Shown here: one piece after another, positions 25,415 to 37,139 of the stretch
Layout of the letters: every line of letters begins with the position of its first letter
Numbering within the stretch: position 1 is the first letter of the stretch
Program-made: the position numbers and the translations under genes
The notes under the pieces: model-generated
What the model was told of the DNA's origin: nothing
The model's input: the letters and a program-made list of their open reading frames with translations, nothing else
The model's database searches: none
DNA from: Octopus vulgaris
Lineage: Eukaryota
Direction: 5' to 3'
Assembly (NCBI GenBank): GCA_951406725.2
Contig: OX597815.1
Span: 165,106,001-165,170,000, forward strand
Length of the DNA stretch: 64,000 nt

Positions 25415-26713
25415 CTAGTCTTGCCGGGTCTTCTCACGCACAGCATACTTCCATAGGTCTCGGTCTCTAGTCATTTCCTTGGTGAGACCTAAAGTTCGTA
25501 GGTCGTGCTTCACCACTTCGTCCCAGGTTTTCCTGGGTCTACCTCTTCCACAGGTTCCCTCAACTGCTAGGGTGTAGCACTTTTGCACACAACTATCTTC
25601 AGCCATTCTCGTCATATGACCATACCAGCGCAGCCGTCTCTCTTGCACACCACAACTGACGCTTCTTAGGTTCAACTTTTCTCTCAAGGTACTTACACTC
25701 TGACGATTATGAACACTGACATTACACATCCATCGGAGCATACTGGCTTCATTTCTTGCGAGCTTACGCATATCCTCAGCAGTCACGGCCCATGTTTCAC
25801 TACCATGTAGCATGGCTGTACGTACACATGCATCATAAAGTCTGCCTTTTACTCTGAGTGAGAGGCCTTTTGTCACCAGCAGGGGTAAGAGCTCTCTAAA
25901 CTTTGCCCAGGCTATTCTTACTCTAGCAGTTACACTTTCAGCACACCCACCCCCGCTACTAATTTGGTCTCCAAGGTAGCGGAAGCTATCAACTACTTCT
26001 AGTTTGTCTCCCTGGAACGTGGTAGAAGTTGGTCTCTGCACATTTCCAGTGTTTATTTCTCCTGAGCATCTGCCACATACGAAAACTATCTTCCCAGTTA
26101 GCCTACCTTTGACATTGCTGCACCTCTTATGTGTCCATAGCTTACACTTGGTGCACCTTATAGAGTTTCTACCTACACCTTTTCTACAGATCGAGCAGGG
26201 CCATCTACCTGAAGTCGTTTGTGGTTGGTCCACCTTCCTACTTATTAGGACTTTGGTTTTGGCTAGGTTGATTCTAAGGCCCTTCGATTCTAATCCTTGT
26301 TTCCACACCTGAAACTTCTCCTCCAGTTCTGATAGTGACTCAGCAATTAGAGCAAGGTCATCAGCATATAGGAGCTCCCAGGGGCATCCTGTCTTAAATT
26401 CTTCCGTTATTGCCTGGAGGACTATGATAAATAGGAGGGGGCTGAGGACTGAACCTTGGTGGACCCCAACCTCTACCCGGAATTCTTCACTGTACTCGTT
26501 GCCAACCCTCACCTTACTAGCTGCGTCTCTGTACATGGCTCGCACAGCTCTCACTAACCATTCATCTATCCCTAGTTTCCTCATTGACCACCAGATAAGG
26601 GATCGGGGGACCCTGTCAAAGGCTTTCTCTAAGTCAACAAAAGCCAGGTACAAGGGCTTACCTTTGGCTAGGTATTTCTCCTGCAGCTGTCTTACCAGGA
26701 ATATAGCATCAGT
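25415..26713 (-). CDS. RTE reverse transcriptase, C-terminal ~430 aa, with inserted PHD-like zinc finger; the first ~26 aa of the listed ORF are flank read-through
   Basis: AFVDLEKAFDRVPR, GVHQGSVLSPLLF, LLYADDL, FRYLG, LHGSETW, RRLRWYGH, RGRPRKTW motifs. Confidence 0.92.
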   Translation of the reverse strand, partial: TDAIFLVRQLQEKYLAKGKPLYLAFVDLEKAFDRVPRSLIWWSMRKLGIDEWLVRAVRAMYRDAASKVRVGNEYSEEFRVEVGVHQGSVLSPLLFIIVLQAITEEFKTGCPWELLYADDLALIAESLSELEEKFQVWKQGLESKGLRINLAKTKVLISRKVDQPQTTSGRWPCSICRKGVGRNSIRCTKCKLWTHKRCSNVKGRLTGKIVFVCGRCSGEINTGNVQRPTSTTFQGDKLEVVDSFRYLGDQISSGGGCAESVTARVRIAWAKFRELLPLLVTKGLSLRVKGRLYDACVRTAMLHGSETWAVTAEDMRKLARNEASMLRWMCNVSVHNRQSVSTLREKLNLRSVSCGVQERRLRWYGHMTRMAEDSCVQKCYTLAVEGTCGRGRPRKTWDEVVKHDLRTLGLTKEMTRDRDLWKYAVREKTRQD

Positions 26714-26734
26714 ATATAAATATATATCTTTATA

Positions 26735-27845
26735 ATAGAAAAGGTGGTGGTAGAAACTCCATAAAATGAACCCAGTGTAAGCTATGGACACATAATTAGG
26801 TGCAGCAATACCAGAAGAAGGTTGACAGGGAAAATAAGTTTTGTGTGTGGAAGGTGCACAGGTACAATTAACACTAAAATGTACAGAAAATAGACTTTAT
26901 CAAATGCCAGGGGAGAAAAACTAGAAGTAGTTGATAGCTTCCATTACCTAGGTGACCAAGTCAATAGTGGGGGTAGATGCTCTGAGAGTGTAGCTGCTAG
27001 AATAAGAATAGGCTGGGCAAAGTTCAGAAAGTTCTTACCTTTGTTGATAACAAAGGGTCTTTCTTTCAGAGTGAAAGGTAGATTGTATGATGCTTGTGTA
27101 TGAACAGCCATGCTACATGCAGTGAAACATGAGCTGTGACTACCAAAGACATGCATAGTCTTGAAAGAAATGAAGTTACTATACTTTGCTGGATGTGTAA
27201 TGTCAGTGTATATGCATGACAGAGTGTAAGCATCTTGAGAGAAAATTTGGATGTAAGTGGCATTGGATATAGTGTGCAAGAGAGATGACTGTGTTGGTAT
27301 GTTCATGTGATGCATACGGACAAGGATAGCTGTGTGAAGAAGTGCCGAACTCTAATGGTGGAGGGTATTTTTGTGGTAGAGGTAGACCCAAGAAGACATG
27401 GGACGAAGTGGTGGAGCATGATGTTTGAATGTTGGGCAGCATGGAGGCAATGACAAATGACTGAGACAGTTGGTGATATGCCATGCTTGAGAAGACCCAT
27501 AAAGCCAAGTGAAATTATATTTGTGGCTGATGCCAGTGTCACATAATTGGCACATAAAAAGCACCCTCGAATGTTGGGTCTTCTCAAGCCTGCCATATCG
27601 GCAGGCTTGAGAAGACCCACCAAGTCAAGTGAAATCGTAGTTATGGCTGATGCCAGCATCGCATAACTTGCAGCCATGCTGGTGGCATGTAAAAAGCACT
27701 ATTGAAACATTGGGCTGCATGGGGCCAGTGACAAGTGATCAAGATCTTTGGTGATATACCATGTTTGAGAAGACCTGTCAAGCCAAGTGAGATCGTAGTC
27801 ATGGCTGATGCTAGTGCTACATAACTGGCACCCATGCCAGTGGCA
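26735..27845 (+). pseudogene. Older degenerate copy of the same RTE family, opposite orientation
   Basis: RKGGGRNSIK*TQCKLWTH...FVCGRC...KLEVVDSFHYLGDQ...GWAKFR...RGRPKKTWDEVV with stops; 3' UTR carries three diverged ~120-bp repeats. Confidence 0.85.
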
Positions 27846-27876
27846 TATATATATATATCTTATGATTCTGATGAGC

Positions 27877-28200
27877 TATGGAGGCGCAATAGCCCAGTGG
27901 TTAGGGCAGCGGACTCGTGGCTGGAGGATTGCGGTTTCGATTCTCAGACCAGGCGTTGTGTGTGTTTATTGAGCGAAAACAACTAAAAGCTCCATGAGGC
28001 TCCGACAGGGAGGGGGGTGGACCCCTGTTGTACTCTTTTGCCACAACCTTTTCTCACTCTCTCTACCTGTTTCTTGAGTAACGCTGCGATGGACTGGCAT
28101 TCCGTCCAGCTGGGAGGAACACATACGCCACAGAAACTGGGAAACCGGGCCCATGAGCCTGGCTAGGCTTGAAAAGGATGACGTTTATCCTTTTATCGTG
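27877..28200 (+). mobile_element. tRNA-derived SINE with target-site duplication
   Basis: A box tagcccagtgg, B box ggtttcgattc; ctgatgagc repeated at 27868-27876 and 28201-28209. Confidence 0.85.
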
Positions 28201-28355
28201 CTGATGAGCCAGAGGAGGACTAATAACCACATCATAGAACTCAATATACTCTAATATTGTGTAGTCATAAGCTCCAGCTTTAAAATAGGGTGAATTCACA
28301 AAAATCCATTACTTGAACTCACATATAAAGCACAACTCAAGTAGAGAGAATAATA

Positions 28356-28570
28356 TTGGTTTCAAATTTTGGCACAAGGCCAGCAATTTTGGGGAGGAGT
28401 AAGTTGGTTATATCAAGCCCAGTATTCAACTGGTACTTATTTTATGGATCCCAAAAAGATACAAGGCATACTTGGCCTCGACAGGATTTGAACACGGAAT
28501 GTGAAGACAGACAAAATGCTGTTAAGCATTGTGCCCAACATGCCAACGATTCTGCCAGCTCACCACCTTA
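28356..28570 (-). mobile_element. SINE family 2, diverged
   Basis: ggtttcaaattttggcacaaggccagcaatttt...ggatttgaacac...gattctgccagctcaccacctt. Confidence 0.75.
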
Positions 28571-28610
28571 ATTGAAGAGCATAATATTCTGGAATAAATG
28601 ATCATTAAAG

Positions 28611-28689
28611 GCTCTGATGAAGATGTGAGAAGTCACACTGGCACTTACCACTCAGTGTAGTGTTCAGTACAACAGAAACAGCTTCAAGT
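28611..28689 (+). ncRNA. Decayed hammerhead motif (CAGCTG stem III type)
   Basis: GCU-CUGAUGA-A...ACACUG..CAGUGU...ACA-GAAA-CAGCUUCA-AGU; the cleavage-site region is mutated relative to 23393-23407. Confidence 0.45.
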
Positions 28690-28844
28690 TAAAGAATCTA
28701 ATTACATAACACCTGTTATTTTGCTTTAATTATGTATTTAGTTTATTTATTAATTCATTATTATTTATCAGTAAATCACTTATAGGCGAGCATGGAAATG
28801 TGGATGTCAAAATGATGACAACAACAACAGCGATGACGACGATT

Positions 28845-28901
<57 letters not shown>

Positions 28902-29926
28902 AACACATACTTGCATACACTTACAATTACACACGTGCACATGCACACAAACACACACACATATATGTAGGAGTGGCAGAAACAGTAGACTATAGGAAGA
29001 TACTATCACACAGTCATCTACTGGGTCAATACATTGACTTATATCTTCTTAAAAATCTGTATGTTTTAATATAAAAAAATCACAATTATATCCTTGGAGG
29101 AGGGGGAAATGTTTATGATCCACAATGATCCTCCTGGAGCAGATGACAAAAAAAGATGGATGAGATCAATTTTTATCATAATGGGGTTTGAAAAGGTTAG
29201 TTTATTGTAGGAGTCTTTGCCTTTAAGAATGAGAGGTTGCATGTCAGTTGCAGGGGGTTTCATGAGAGAAAACACACCGCTGATGCTGATGATGGTGATG
29301 ATGCTATTGATGGTGATACTGATGCTGATGCTGATAAGAAGTGGCAGGTGTTTACAGCCAGCATGAAATAATGTACAGATAACATCAATAATGATTATAG
29401 TTATGAGTACTCATTGACAGTAGAAGAATGATGATGATAACAATGACGATGGTAAAGACAATGATGATGATGATGATGAAGAGTAGGGGGAGGAGGATGA
29501 AGGATGATGTCTAGTGTGACAATGTTGCCGATAAAGACAGTGTGACAGGTAGAAATATTGACAACTAACAGTGATGATCGTTATGATGACAAGGTAACAA
29601 ATATGACGAGGTAATGACTATGATGACAATGTAACGAATATGACAAGGTAATGAGGATGACAAGGTAACGAATATGACACTGATTATGATAATGAATTAA
29701 ATGATGAATTAATGAAGACGAATTCAAAGTGTTAGCAATTACTAATTTCCAGGTATTAGACATAATCAATTAAACCTGATACCAATGTGATAAGTCAGCT
29801 AGCAGCTCTAGATCAGTCAACCAGTGTAGTATGCTGTATATAAATGCTACAGGTAACAAACAGAACACTACTCCACAGTACATTAATAGTGTTGTTGTGT
29901 ATAATATTAACAGATAAAGAATTCAC

Positions 29927-30004
29927 CTGGCTGCATGGTGTGGTCTGAATGCAGCTTAGATTTTGCTTCATGCATTCTGCACAGACTGCATGATGTACAG
30001 CGTG
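29927..30004 (-). CDS. Candidate 78-nt symmetric exon
   Basis: Minus strand ccttttcaatgctcctttaacgctcttctacag| ... ccag|gtgaat; two open frames (xRCTSCSLCRMHEAKSKLHSDHTMQPx or HAVHHAVCAECMKQNLSCIQTTPCSQ). Confidence 0.3.
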
Positions 30005-30620
30005 CTGTAGAAGAGCGTTAAAGGAGCATTGAAAAGGTAGAGGAAATAGTAGTAGAAATAAACCAATGATTGTGGTGTTGGTGGTGGCAGTAGTGGTGAT
30101 GGAGGTGATTACGATGAGGATGAGATGAGGAACCTAGTCATCCGTTATCCACATCAGTCATCACTGTGGTAATGAAGGATGGAGGTTAGAAGTGGGGGAA
30201 AAACAAGCAACAGTAGTAGAATATGTCAGCATTGTTTGTACTATTTAGTAGTAGTAGTAGCAGTAGTTGTAATGGAATTTTATGTAGGTGATAATGGTGA
30301 TGAAAGGAATAAAGATAGAGATAAAGTGATATTCATAAATGAGTGATGAGCCATATTCATGTTGATTTTTAGGCCCTGGGAAAACTGGATGCATGGATGC
30401 ATGTGAGTGTTTCTGTGTGTCTTAAAGGCATAGGCAGAGTAGAGAAATGACAGCATCTGCAAAATGGATCTGGGTTATAGGATCACTTAGCATTGCAGAT
30501 GGTTACAACATACAATGATACATATAGACATTTGTACAAATACAGATATACACATATTTACACTCCATCCCATTCAGACATACATACATAGCATAGAAAG
30601 TAGACAGCACTTTCCTACAT

Positions 30621-30711
<91 letters not shown>

Positions 30712-30897
30712 AAGACACACACACATGCATGTGAGCACATAGGTTAAAAACAAAGTGGAAAAAATAACACTCAAATACTAAGGGAAGAGTAAAATATAAT
30801 GTTTTACTAAACCTATAAACTTCACAAATTGTTACTCAGAGTTTCACATAACTTGTGTATAGTGACCAATAAGATATTAAACAATTATATATATATT

Positions 30898-31135
30898 TTT
30901 ATAAGAATTTTTTACGTAATAAGATAAAAAAAACCAAGTCTGAATACAGCCTTGGTTTTTTATTTTATCTTATTTCGCAAAAAATTCTTATACACACACG
31001 CTGACATAGAACCAACGTTAAACCCTTTATTCGCAATATTACTGAATCTGGAACTTAACTATGGTCTCTGTCTATAGCACTTATTCAGCATTACCTGACC
31101 CCTTAGGGTGTCAATGACACCATTATCTCATATAT
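30898..31135. repeat. Hairpin plus 130-bp unit, copy 1
   Basis: Inverted repeat aagataaaaaaaaccaag / cttggttttttattttatctt followed by gctgacatagaacc...gacaccattatctc; second copy at 56594-56852. Confidence 0.8.
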
Positions 31136-31440
31136 ATTTATATTAATATTTAGCAGAAATAGTTTGATAAGTGCCAACACATGAAACTCTCAGCATTTGA
31201 ATCACTCTGTTGCTTCTGCTAATTATTTATAAAAATGTAATACACTCATATTTTGAGATTTACTTTTCCTGTTTGCCCCACCATACCTACACACATACAT
31301 ACATACATACATACATACATACATACATACATACATACATACATACATACATACATACATACATACATACATACATACATACATACATACATACATACAT
31401 ACATACATACACACACACACATAAATACATACATACATAC

Positions 31441-31655
31441 ATTTCGTTTCTGTATTTGGTTTGCAAGATTCTTTATATGAATTTGTTGAAGCATATTTTA
31501 CTGTGTCTGGGGAGAGTCATTCTCTTTTAGTGCCTTATTACTTAACACTCTCACCAGTTTGATTTCCACTAATTTACTTTGGAAATCGAACTGGTGAGTG
31601 TGTTAAGTAATAAAGCATTAAAGAGAATGAATGACTCTCCCCAGACGCAATAATA
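31441..31655. repeat. Fold-back repeat with ~75-bp arms centred near 31572
   Basis: gtctggggagagtcattc...ctcaccagtttgatttcca / tggaaatcgaactggtgag...gaatgactctccccagac; single arm also at 33985-34118. Confidence 0.85.
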
Positions 31656-31865
31656 TATATATATACATGTATATATACACACACACATATATATATACAT
31701 ACATATATATACACATATAGATATACATACACATATATACACATATATATACACATATATATACATATATATATATACACATATATATACATACATACAT
31801 ATATATACACATATATATACATACATATATATACACATATATATACATACATATATGAGTGTCTG

Positions 31866-31896
<31 letters not shown>

Positions 31897-31913
31897 GTGT
31901 GTGTGTGTATATA

Positions 31914-32334
31914 TCATCATCATCATCGTTTAGCGTCCGTTTTCCATGCTAGCATGGGTTGGACGGTTCTACTGGGGTCTGTGAAGCCAGAAGGCTGCAT
32001 CAGGCCCAGTCAAATCTGGCAGTGTTTCTACGGCTGGATGCACTTCCTAACGCCAACCACTCCGTGAGTGTAATGGGTGCTTTTTACGTGCCACCCGCAC
32101 AGGTGCCAGACAGAGCTGGCAAACGGCCATGAACGGATGGTGCTTTTTATGTGCCACCGGCACGAGGGCCAGGAGAGGCTGGCAACGGACACGAACGGAT
32201 GGTGCTTTTTACGTGCCATCGGCACGAGGCCAGTCGGGGCGGTGCTGGCAATGGTCGCGAAACGGAAGGTTCTCTTACATGCCACCGGCACTGGTAACAC
32301 ATCTGCAATTTCCATTGATCGATTTCGATTCTGA

Positions 32335-32336
<2 letters not shown>
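31914..32336 (-). mobile_element. RTE 3' UTR fragment with about 3 diverged 62-bp units
   Basis: Matches 24062-24300 and 25200-25300; similar tail fragments near 16796, 17365, 18720, 19950, 21152, 33515, 34629, 46790, 50590 and 61015. Confidence 0.85.
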
Positions 32337-32395
<59 letters not shown>

Positions 32396-32526
32396 GTGTA
32401 TGTATATATATATACATATATGTCTCTCTCTATATATACATATATGTCTCTCTATATATACATATATGTCTCTCTATATATACATATATGTCTCTCTATA
32501 TATGTCTCTATATATATGTATAAATG

Positions 32527-32605
<79 letters not shown>

Positions 32606-32700
32606 TACAAAATTAGAGAATGGAGAAACATACCTATCTAGCAGTATATTGAATATATATTATCCCATGGTGGGTTGAATTTTCAACCCCTATCTCATTT

Positions 32701-32791
<91 letters not shown>

Positions 32792-32794
<3 letters not shown>

Positions 32795-33196
32795 TGCAGG
32801 CATGGCTGTGTAGTAAAAAGCTTGTTTCCCAACCACATAGCTGTTGGTTCAATCCTGCTGTGTAGCAATTTGGGCAAGTGTCTTCTATAGCCTTGGTCCG
32901 ACTAAAGCCGTGTGACTGGATTTGGTAGATAAAACTGAAAGAAGCCCATCATATATACATATATATGTGTGTGTGTCTTTGGGTCTCTGTTTATCCCACA
33001 TCATTGCTTGACAACCAGTGTTGGTGTGTTTACGTCCCTATAACTTAGCAGTTCAGCAAAAGAGACCAATAGAATAAGTAAGTATTAGGCTTAAAAAAAC
33101 TAAGTCCTGGGGTTGATTTGTTTGACTCAATACCCTTCAAGATGGTGCACCAGTATGGCCGCAGTTAAATGACTGAAACAAGTAAACGAGTAAAAG
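32792..33196 (+). mobile_element. SINE family 1
   Basis: ggtgcaggcatggctgtg...gactgaaacaagtaaacgagtaaaag. Confidence 0.85.
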
Positions 33197-33729
33197 AATA
33201 TTTATATATGTATATATATATATACCATCATCATCATCATGATGATTTAATATCCACTTTTCCAAGTAAGGTAAAATTTTCCTATATGCCAGACTGGAAA
33301 TGTACCATATAACATTTGTGGAATTTCTTATTTCAACCAGTCTTATAATGTTTTTGATCTTCTTTGTTAATGTAAGCATATAATTAGATCCATAAAATCT
33401 AATTTATTTTAACATAGTCTTCCTTTACAAATCTGCAACTTTATGCCAATGCAAGAAATGATAAAACATAGCTTGTTTTATTAATCATAATTGGTAAAAA
33501 GCACTATTGATGGTGTCATGTAAAAAGCACTGGTGATGGTACCATGTCAAAAAAAACATCCAATACATTCTGTAAAGTGGTTGGCATGAGAAAAGGCACC
33601 CAACTGTAGAAACCAAGATTATGGAACCTGGTGTAGCCCCTGGCCTTGCCAACTCCTGTCAAGCCATCTGGAAAACGAATGTTAAATGATGATAATGATG
33701 CTCTTTTGTGTAAGTAATCTTTATTATTA

Positions 33730-34200
33730 TTTTGGTAAACTGAATTTTTTGGTAACACGAAGTATCCACTACACTGAACTTTAGGTAAAAATGAGTTCTG
33801 AGTAAATTGAATTTTAGATAAAAGTCAGTTTCCAGCAAGCTGAACTTTGGGTAAAAATATCAAAAAGGAGTTACTAGCAAACTGAGTAAAAACTGAATTA
33901 CCAGCAAATAGTTTTTGTGTAACAAAGTTACTACATAACTGAGTTTTAAGTAAAAATTTTAGGAAAATAAAAATAAGAAATAAGTGGAAATTTTACTGGT
34001 GAGTGTGTTACATTATAAGGCACAAAAAGAAAATGACTCTCCCCAGACACAACAGAATATGCTTCAACACACGAATTCATACAAAGAATCTTGCAAACCA
34101 AATCCCAAAATGAAAAGGTAAAAATGAGTTTTCTGTAAATTTGGTTTAAATAAAAATTAGTGAACTGTAAGTTGAGCTTTGGTAAAAATGAGTTTCCATT
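33730..34200. repeat. Degenerate minisatellite (aaactgaattttaggtaaaaatgagtt-like) interrupted by the 33955-34118 repeat
   Basis: Recurrent ctgaa(c/t)ttt..gtaaaaa..gagtt motifs on both sides of the insertion. Confidence 0.55.
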
Positions 34201-34554
34201 TCTGTCCAGAAGTCAGTTTTGATTCCCAATTGAAACTATTTATGTTGTTAATATTTCTAGAAAAGGCATCAACATTTCTACTTCCCACCTAGACTTTTCT
34301 ACTGAACTCAGGCTTGATGTTTATGTAACAAACAATTGTCATTACCATTTGTTGTATTTGTTGTAGCAGTATCATTAAGTATGGACAGTAGCAGTAATAG
34401 TAATAACAGACACAGTAACAACACACTATCAACAGCTGGTTACTTCCAGAGATATCCTAGCTGAATGCCTATATTGTTATATGGAATGAATAATACTTTA
34501 CATAAACAATTACATGCTTTATCATTCTTTTTCCTTTGAGATTTTTTTAGGTTT

Positions 34555-34628
<74 letters not shown>

Positions 34629-34929
34629 TCATCATCATCGTCATCGTCATCATCATCATCATTATTATTATTTAATGTCTGCTTTCTATGCATGGGTTGG
34701 ATGGTTTGACCAGGGTTGGCAAGCTGGAGAGCTGCACCAGGTTCTAGTCTGATTTGGCTTGGTTTCTATGGTTGGATGACCTTTGTAATTCCAACACACA
34801 AACACACATTTGGGACAAAGGAAGTATTTATACCAAGAGGTAATATTTATCTCCACTTAAACATGAATGTCTTGTTAGAACAAACTATACTGCAGTTGAT
34901 ACCACAAGAGAAACTCTCATATTGGATTA

Positions 34930-35060
34930 TATAATAAAAATAATAAAAATAGATGATAAAGGAATAAGTGATTATCTTTTAAATTTCATTAGTTTACAGC
35001 TGTAAGCTAATGAAGTTCATATGATAATCGTTTATTCCTTTTTCACCTATTTTTATTATT
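34930..35060. repeat. Imperfect palindrome centred on TTACAG|CTGTAA
   Basis: aaaaatagatgataaaggaataag...ttcattagtttacag|ctgtaagctaatgaa...ttattcctttttcacctattttt. Confidence 0.75.
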
Positions 35061-35154
35061 ACTGCTTGGTATCTGACTAACACCTTGTTCAGAAGTGTAT
35101 GTATATTGAGTTCTACAGCAGGTTACTAGTCTCACAATGCCTAAGTGAATATAT

Positions 35155-35445
35155 ATATATATAAATTAGAGAAGAACCACCATGTAGCAATTCAACAATG
35201 ATATAATTAAATCATACCATATGGAAGAAAATTTAATATACGATAAAACATTTGCCTAGAACTAAATAAAGTACAAAATAGTATATAATTATATTACTAA
35301 TTATATGCTATTTATTTATTTATTTATCATTTTGTACTTTATTTAGTTCTAGGTAAATGTTTTAGTATATCTTTAATTTTTTTCTAAATGGTATGATTTA
35401 ATTATATCATTGTTGAATGGTGGTTCTTCTCTAATTTATATACAT
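35155..35445. repeat. Fold-back element with ~125-bp arms, flanked by (TA)n
   Basis: tataaattagagaagaaccacca...cctagaactaaataaagtacaaaat / attttgtactttatttagttctagg...tggtggttcttctctaatttata. Confidence 0.85.
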
Positions 35446-35525
35446 ATATTATATATTATATATTGTGAAATTTGATTTAGTATTACTAAATTGAATTTTC
35501 CCTGTAAGTTTGGAGTCATATTCTC

Positions 35526-35589
<64 letters not shown>

Positions 35590-35624
35590 GTATATATATA
35601 TACATATGTAATAATAGTAATAAT

Positions 35625-35662
<38 letters not shown>

Positions 35663-37139
35663 TTCTGATAGAATCAGGTACTTAAAAAGAATATGCACCA
35701 GATAGGGTTGGATAAATCTGTGGTCACCACCTGTAGTCGATTAAATATCCAGTAGGATATTCAGGTTGTGCACACAAAGGAAACCACCCCTATGAGTATT
35801 AAGCACCTAGGGACTGGTTCAAAGTATACGTTGTATTGATCACACATTGTTTGGTATACTCCAGGGTATCCAATGAGTTGTGAATCCCTATGGTGTATTA
35901 TAAGCAAATGAATAATAACAGATGATGGATAAAGGTCAGCTAACATTTAACCATCATTTGTTATTCATTTGTTTATATATATATATGAAAACTTTTTTCA
36001 TCTTCCCTGACATTTGTATGTTACTGGCTTTAAGTGACAAAAGCTTGTAGAACACTTTTGCCAGTCTCATTTGCCCTAATAGGTTCCAGTGACAAGCATT
36101 GCCAAATGATTGGTACTCTTTTGGATGCAAGTTTCATGTCAGGATATCTTTCTCCAAGAAGAGGTGCCTTCCCCCATGGCTTTGTCAAAAATAATGAGAG
36201 CCTCCTCTATCTCTGGGGAATCTATTTAACCCAAAGATGGGAACCTATTAGTAACTACCATTCTGGGCCAGGACAGAGCTGGGAGTAATAGTAATCAAGG
36301 GGTAATTCTATGCTCCCCACAACTCCCAAACTCCCAAACTGGATACTTACTACATGCAGTTTAATGCACCCAGGACATACGCATACACACACACACACAC
36401 ACATGTATGTATATATGTAAACACACACGCACACGTGAAATCAAGAGTGACTCTTGATACTTAAACCAATGCACGCTATGTTAAAAATCCATATAACTGA
36501 AGTAGCATGCATACAGTATGCAAACCTCTTTCTAACTGTGACTAGAAAAATAAAAGATTTATATTAAATTTTGATTTATAACTTTGTTATTTGCATTTAT
36601 TTAATTTATTTATACATCTTAGGCATGCATCACATGCCTTGCATTTATGCAGAAGCACCACCAATTACATACTTACACACATACACACACACATTCTGAA
36701 ATGCATATCTATATTAAGATAAATGTGTATCTATATCTATATCTATGCATGTATGTAAATACCTCCTTATCTTTCTCTCCATATATAAATGCTTGTGTGT
36801 GTATATATATATATATTATATGTATATTTAAATATTGTCATCCTGTTATCAATTTATTTAATTATTCTTTTTCTTTTATATCATCTCCTTTAGTACTATT
36901 TATGAATGGCTGGCTTTTGGCAATGCTATCTTAACTGAGATCTCAAAAAAAGATATAACATTAAATCAATACAAAAGCAGGAAAGATCCAATATATTTGA
37001 AGCGCTCACCCATTTGCATAAAGATTTGTTACTGTTAGATGGTGACGTAAGCTATGGACCAGGCTATTTGCAACCAAATATTACATGAGCTATGTCCTTG
37101 GAATATGAACGCTGCATCCAAATTTTGCACATTGAAAAG

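Larger units (their letters stand above)
24062..26713 (-). mobile_element. Young 5'-truncated RTE-clade LINE with ~1.35-kb 3' UTR and (GAT)n tail
   Basis: Uninterrupted RT reading frame; the 3' UTR ends in cggacgttaaatgatgatgatg, shared by many fragments in the window. Confidence 0.92.

Noticed and set aside
26714-26791. N-terminus of the 458-aa ORF
   Set aside because: It reads through the truncation junction into the AT spacer and the antisense of the older RTE copy.
27880-27960. tRNA gene
   Set aside because: A and B boxes are present, but there is no clean cloverleaf and the sequence continues into a SINE body with a TSD.
27868-28209. Two CTGATGA motifs as hammerhead cores
   Set aside because: No paired stem II or GAAA follows; they are the SINE target-site duplication.
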